A DNA stretch of 53,944 nt from the NCBI GenBank assembly GCA_040143965.1, contig JASJQH010006889.1, positions 1 through 53,944 of the forward strand, in the 5' to 3' direction. The notes beneath the pieces are model-generated. The model searched no databases, was not told the DNA's origin, and saw only the letters and a list, made by a program, of their open reading frames with translations. Source of the stretch: Basidiobolus ranarum. Lineage: Eukaryota. Shown piece by piece: positions 50,253 to 53,944 of the stretch; the first letter of the stretch is position 1; every line of letters begins with the position of its first letter. The position numbers and the translations under genes were made by a program.

Positions 50253-53061
50253 ATGGCTGAACATCCTATGCAAATGACTGAAGATCTTTCCCCTTCTATA
50301 CCTTCAGATAACACTACTCCAAACGAGATTCCCATGAATTTTTCTACCGAAGAAACGCAAAACATCCCAAATGCAGAAAATATGTTCACCAATATGTCTC
50401 AAGAAGCCATTAACCAAGCCTTTCTCAATCAGCAACTGGCCTCTCAACAAGAACTCAATAATCTTCTAGCTAGATCAGCCATGCTCTCAGAAGGCATGAT
50501 GTTGATTGATACTCCTACTCTACCTTCACAAGAGCTATTAAATCCTCCAAAGGTTCATAGCGGTAACCTAGACAATCTGATAGTTTCTGGGGAGTCAACG
50601 CCAAGCGGTGATTTAACCCCACAGGAGCACGCGATGTCTTCTATGATGCAGATCCCTTCACACGGTGGTTATCATTCGGAAGTTCCCAACTTAGTAATGG
50701 CCAATGATATGATGAATTCTATCACACCTGAGCAACAGTTTTTCGAAAATATGCTCACCGATACCAACACTCAAGGTATCATATCAAACCCTCAAAATTT
50801 GATGGTGCCAGATAACCTACCTATCGATCCTCCTCGAAGTGTTCCTTCAATGAATTCTATGCATTCTACTTCAGATATTCATATGTCGAACATTTTCGCC
50901 GGTAATAACATGATGAATTTTGACATGGGATTGTCTCAACCGCCTCAAAAGCATCATTCTATTCGTTCCAATAGACCGGCCCATCTTCGCCATGGTTATA
51001 GTAAATCAGTATCCATGTTTCCTCCTCCAAACCAACCAAGGCCCTCAACAAGCTCTCAATACGTTATGAGTAACCTTCAGCCAATGCCTAATCCTCAATT
51101 CATTCCAACCGTGCCATCCGAACAAATTCCTCCGACATTTCAAAAGCAAATGGTTGAAAATACCCAAATGTTGCATGCTATGCGCAAGAAAATGGGTCAT
51201 CGTAGGCAATATTCGGCACCAGAGTTAAATTCAGGATTTTCTCAGAGTCCCGAGAAGCATTTGCTTAGGCAAACTACTGAAGGGCAAATGCTAAAGCAGC
51301 GTGGGTTTATGCAAATGACCCCCATAAATCAGACATCCCCTCATGAGTTGCACGGACTTACTCCGGAACAAATCGAGGCCTTAACTCTAAACTCTCACGG
51401 TGATTCAGAGCCAAAGCCTCTCAAAATTCTTGAGTATACGGCTGATGGCTATGGTGTTCTAAGACCCAACAATGCCAATATTGGAGATCCTATGCAAGAT
51501 TTTAGATACGGAGGGGATGATGCGTCCCCAAAACCTGGCACCAAAGATGATCTCTCCACCAACGAGAAGCTAAAGTCACTCGACAACTTGACTCGGGAGG
51601 AGTTAATCAAGAGACTCAGAAATGTTGAGAGTGAACTTGCGAAAACCAAAAGTTCGCCTATTAAATCGCCAAACTTGAAGGTCGAAACATCGGTTAGTTC
51701 ATGCGGTGACACCGCTTCCGAACAAGGTGATGAAAGTAAGTCATAGGATCGAAGAACACCTGATATTGCTTTCATTTATTAATACTGGTTTTATTTTAGC
51801 TGGAACTGGCGATTCAGTTAGTCCTATTGGAATCAACCTATTTACCAGTCAGCAAGTGAAATTAGAAGATAGACTCGGCGATGATGAGGATGAAGACGAG
51901 GATGATCCTGAAGAGGATGAGGACTCTAAAGATGAAGAAAAATCCGAGAAATCACAAACATTTGACTGTCTCTGGAGTGACTGCTCTAAATCATTCCCAG
52001 CACTGGACGTCTTGATCTCGCATATTGGCCAAGAGCACATTGGAAGTGGCAAGGTAAACAATTGATGACTACTACAATTAATTCACTTGCAAAAATCTGA
52101 CGATATTCCATTAAATATGTAGGCATCTTATAAGTGTGAGTGGCAAGGTTGTCCACGTAATCAGAAGCCATTTACTAAACGCCACAAGATGTATAATCAC
52201 TTAAGAACACATACTGGAGAGAGACCATTCCAATGTCCTGTTGCTGGTACTTGATTCTTTTGCTTTCATTTCATGTTGACATAACTTACTAATCGGTTGT
52301 TCATATTCCCATTAGACTGTGGCAAAAGGTTCTCAAGGCCTGATTCTCTTGCTACGCATGTCAAAACTCACTCCAACGTCAGACCATATATATGCCCTGT
52401 TCCAGGTTGTGGAAAAGCATACTATCACTCCCGGTCACTGCGTAAACACATCAAGAGTCACGAAATGACTCGACCACTCCAAATTTTCTCGCAAAACATC
52501 CCTGGAGTGAGCCCTCAGAATATGATGGATCTTAACAATCATCAACTTCTTGGAGCTAATCAGCTGGGCATAACGCAAGGCATTAAATACCATCATTACC
52601 AGCCCGATTCGTCTACATTCTCGACTCCAAAGCCTGGCGAGGATCTCAATTCGATTAGTAACACACAAACATCTACCTCAGCTGGTGGAGCGCATGGATC
52701 GTCGACAATATCACCTAACCAGAATATGAATGCCCAGATGTTTCCTATATCTCAAGTGGACGTCTCCAACCTTCGAGACTCTCCCACCTTTATAGAATCA
52801 CCTAATATGATCGAACCTCCAGTACTTCAATCTCACCAATTCCCTGGTGATGATGCAAATAGAATGGACTCATCGATTATAGGCACTCCCGCTACCCTTA
52901 CTCCAGAAATGCTAAACCAACTGATTCAACAAGTAACTCCCCCGATACCTTCATCACATCCTTCTACCCCGTCCAACGAGGAACTTGGATCATCATTCAT
53001 TCCCTCTACCGGATTTTCTGCTCAAGTTATGCCAACCATTCCGACTACTCAAACGCAGTAA
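50253..53061 (+). CDS. Gli/Zic/Glis-like C2H2 zinc-finger transcription factor (4 fingers, 4 exons)
   Basis: Tandem Trp-containing fingers CLWSDC..H..EH and CEWQGC..HLRTHTGERPF, then CGKRFSRPDSLATHVKTH and CPVPGCGKAYYHSRSLRKHIKSH; long M/Q/N/P-rich N-terminus; TATATAAA at 49890. Confidence 0.9.
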
Positions 53062-53944
53062 ATTTAATTGAGAAGATTACGTTTTCCACTGGTAGAATAC
53101 TCGGTTGAATTCACGCTAACTTTCAATATTGGGCCAATGTATATAACCTCCAAAGAAAACCAACCGCTCAAAATGGGTTTTAAACAATCGGGTCCTTGGT
53201 TCGAAACCGAAGTCAAAACCAAAACCTATTTGAACTTTTATCTTGGATGTTCACTAAAAATATAGAGTATTATCCTTTGATTTCACCTCAATTGACAAGT
53301 ATGAAGTTGAAAGAGAATATCCCACACTTCGGTCAATTTTCCTATGTACAAAATTGAAATCATCCTGTTCCCGTTCCCTTTCCCCCTTCTTCAACAAACC
53401 CTCTTGCGCGTAACCCTATATCATTTCTCTTTATACTACTACCACTATCACCCCTTCTTGCGACATTCAACTATATTCCCGGCGAACATGGGGATAATAG
53501 TATCGCGGGGGATCCATGGTGGTAGCTGTATGGTTGGTAACACCTTGTTAATGTTTATATCCAATATTTATTTTCAAGAGCCCCATACCCACCAAATCTT
53601 TTGCAAATCCATTTTCACCTATTCTAATAAAAAAATCAGCTAGAACAACGCAGTGCGGTTGGTTCTACCATCTATTTATAGTAAGACTGATGGCGGTTAT
53701 TGAATTCTATTTAGGAGTTTAAATTATTCGGGGTGAGTCATATCGAATCGAATGTTAGAGATCTGAAACTTTGATTAACTTGGTGAAAATTTTCTATATC
53801 TGTTGATCAGCTCATATCTATCAGTTCAACCCTAGCCCTTCGATGCAGCCCTTCCCTCGATACCGTTGAATCTAATCAAGAAAGTAACCAACTCATGGCC
53901 GGATCAAAGTTCCGAAATCGATAAATATTAGTAATGGTTTTATT

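Noticed and set aside
53176..53221. tRNA-like T-arm (GGTCCTTGGTTCGAAACCGAAG)
   Set aside because: There is no D-arm, A-box or anticodon stem upstream and the T-stem is imperfect; at most a 3' UTR hairpin or tRNA fragment.
53344..53643. 99-codon ORF near the window end
   Set aside because: It has low-complexity, promoter-like composition and no recognisable domain.

Overview
This is gene-dense, intron-rich eukaryotic DNA with short GT-AG introns (mostly about 55-100 nt, often with AAG acceptors). It most likely comes from an early-diverging fungus; this is inferred from a Chs4-like Sel1 protein, Cut8/Sts1, Sde2, Smu1 and a fused gephyrin. About 19 protein-coding genes can be reconstructed: class V myosin, ALG8, a PH-domain protein, SDT1-type nucleotidase, a multi-exon protein of unknown function, an F-box gene broken by a frameshift, glutaminyl cyclase, Mtf2-like, a tail-anchored coiled-coil protein, SDE2, PRP31, an RlpA/expansin-like secreted protein, RasGEF, STS1/Cut8, a tristetraprolin-type CCCH protein, a divergent MTR4-type helicase, SMU1, a Sel1-repeat chitin synthase activator, gephyrin and a Gli-like C2H2 factor. 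Bases 1-1490 contain no CpG at all and carry a decayed Ty3/Gypsy integrase. Four more heavily eroded Gypsy pol-like fragments sit upstream of genes. Other oddities are an ALG8 first exon with no usable in-frame ATG, a recurrent telobox-like 11-mer, and promoter minisatellites. I found no unambiguous new biological system; the candidates are ranked below. All homology calls are by-eye motif recognition, not database searches.
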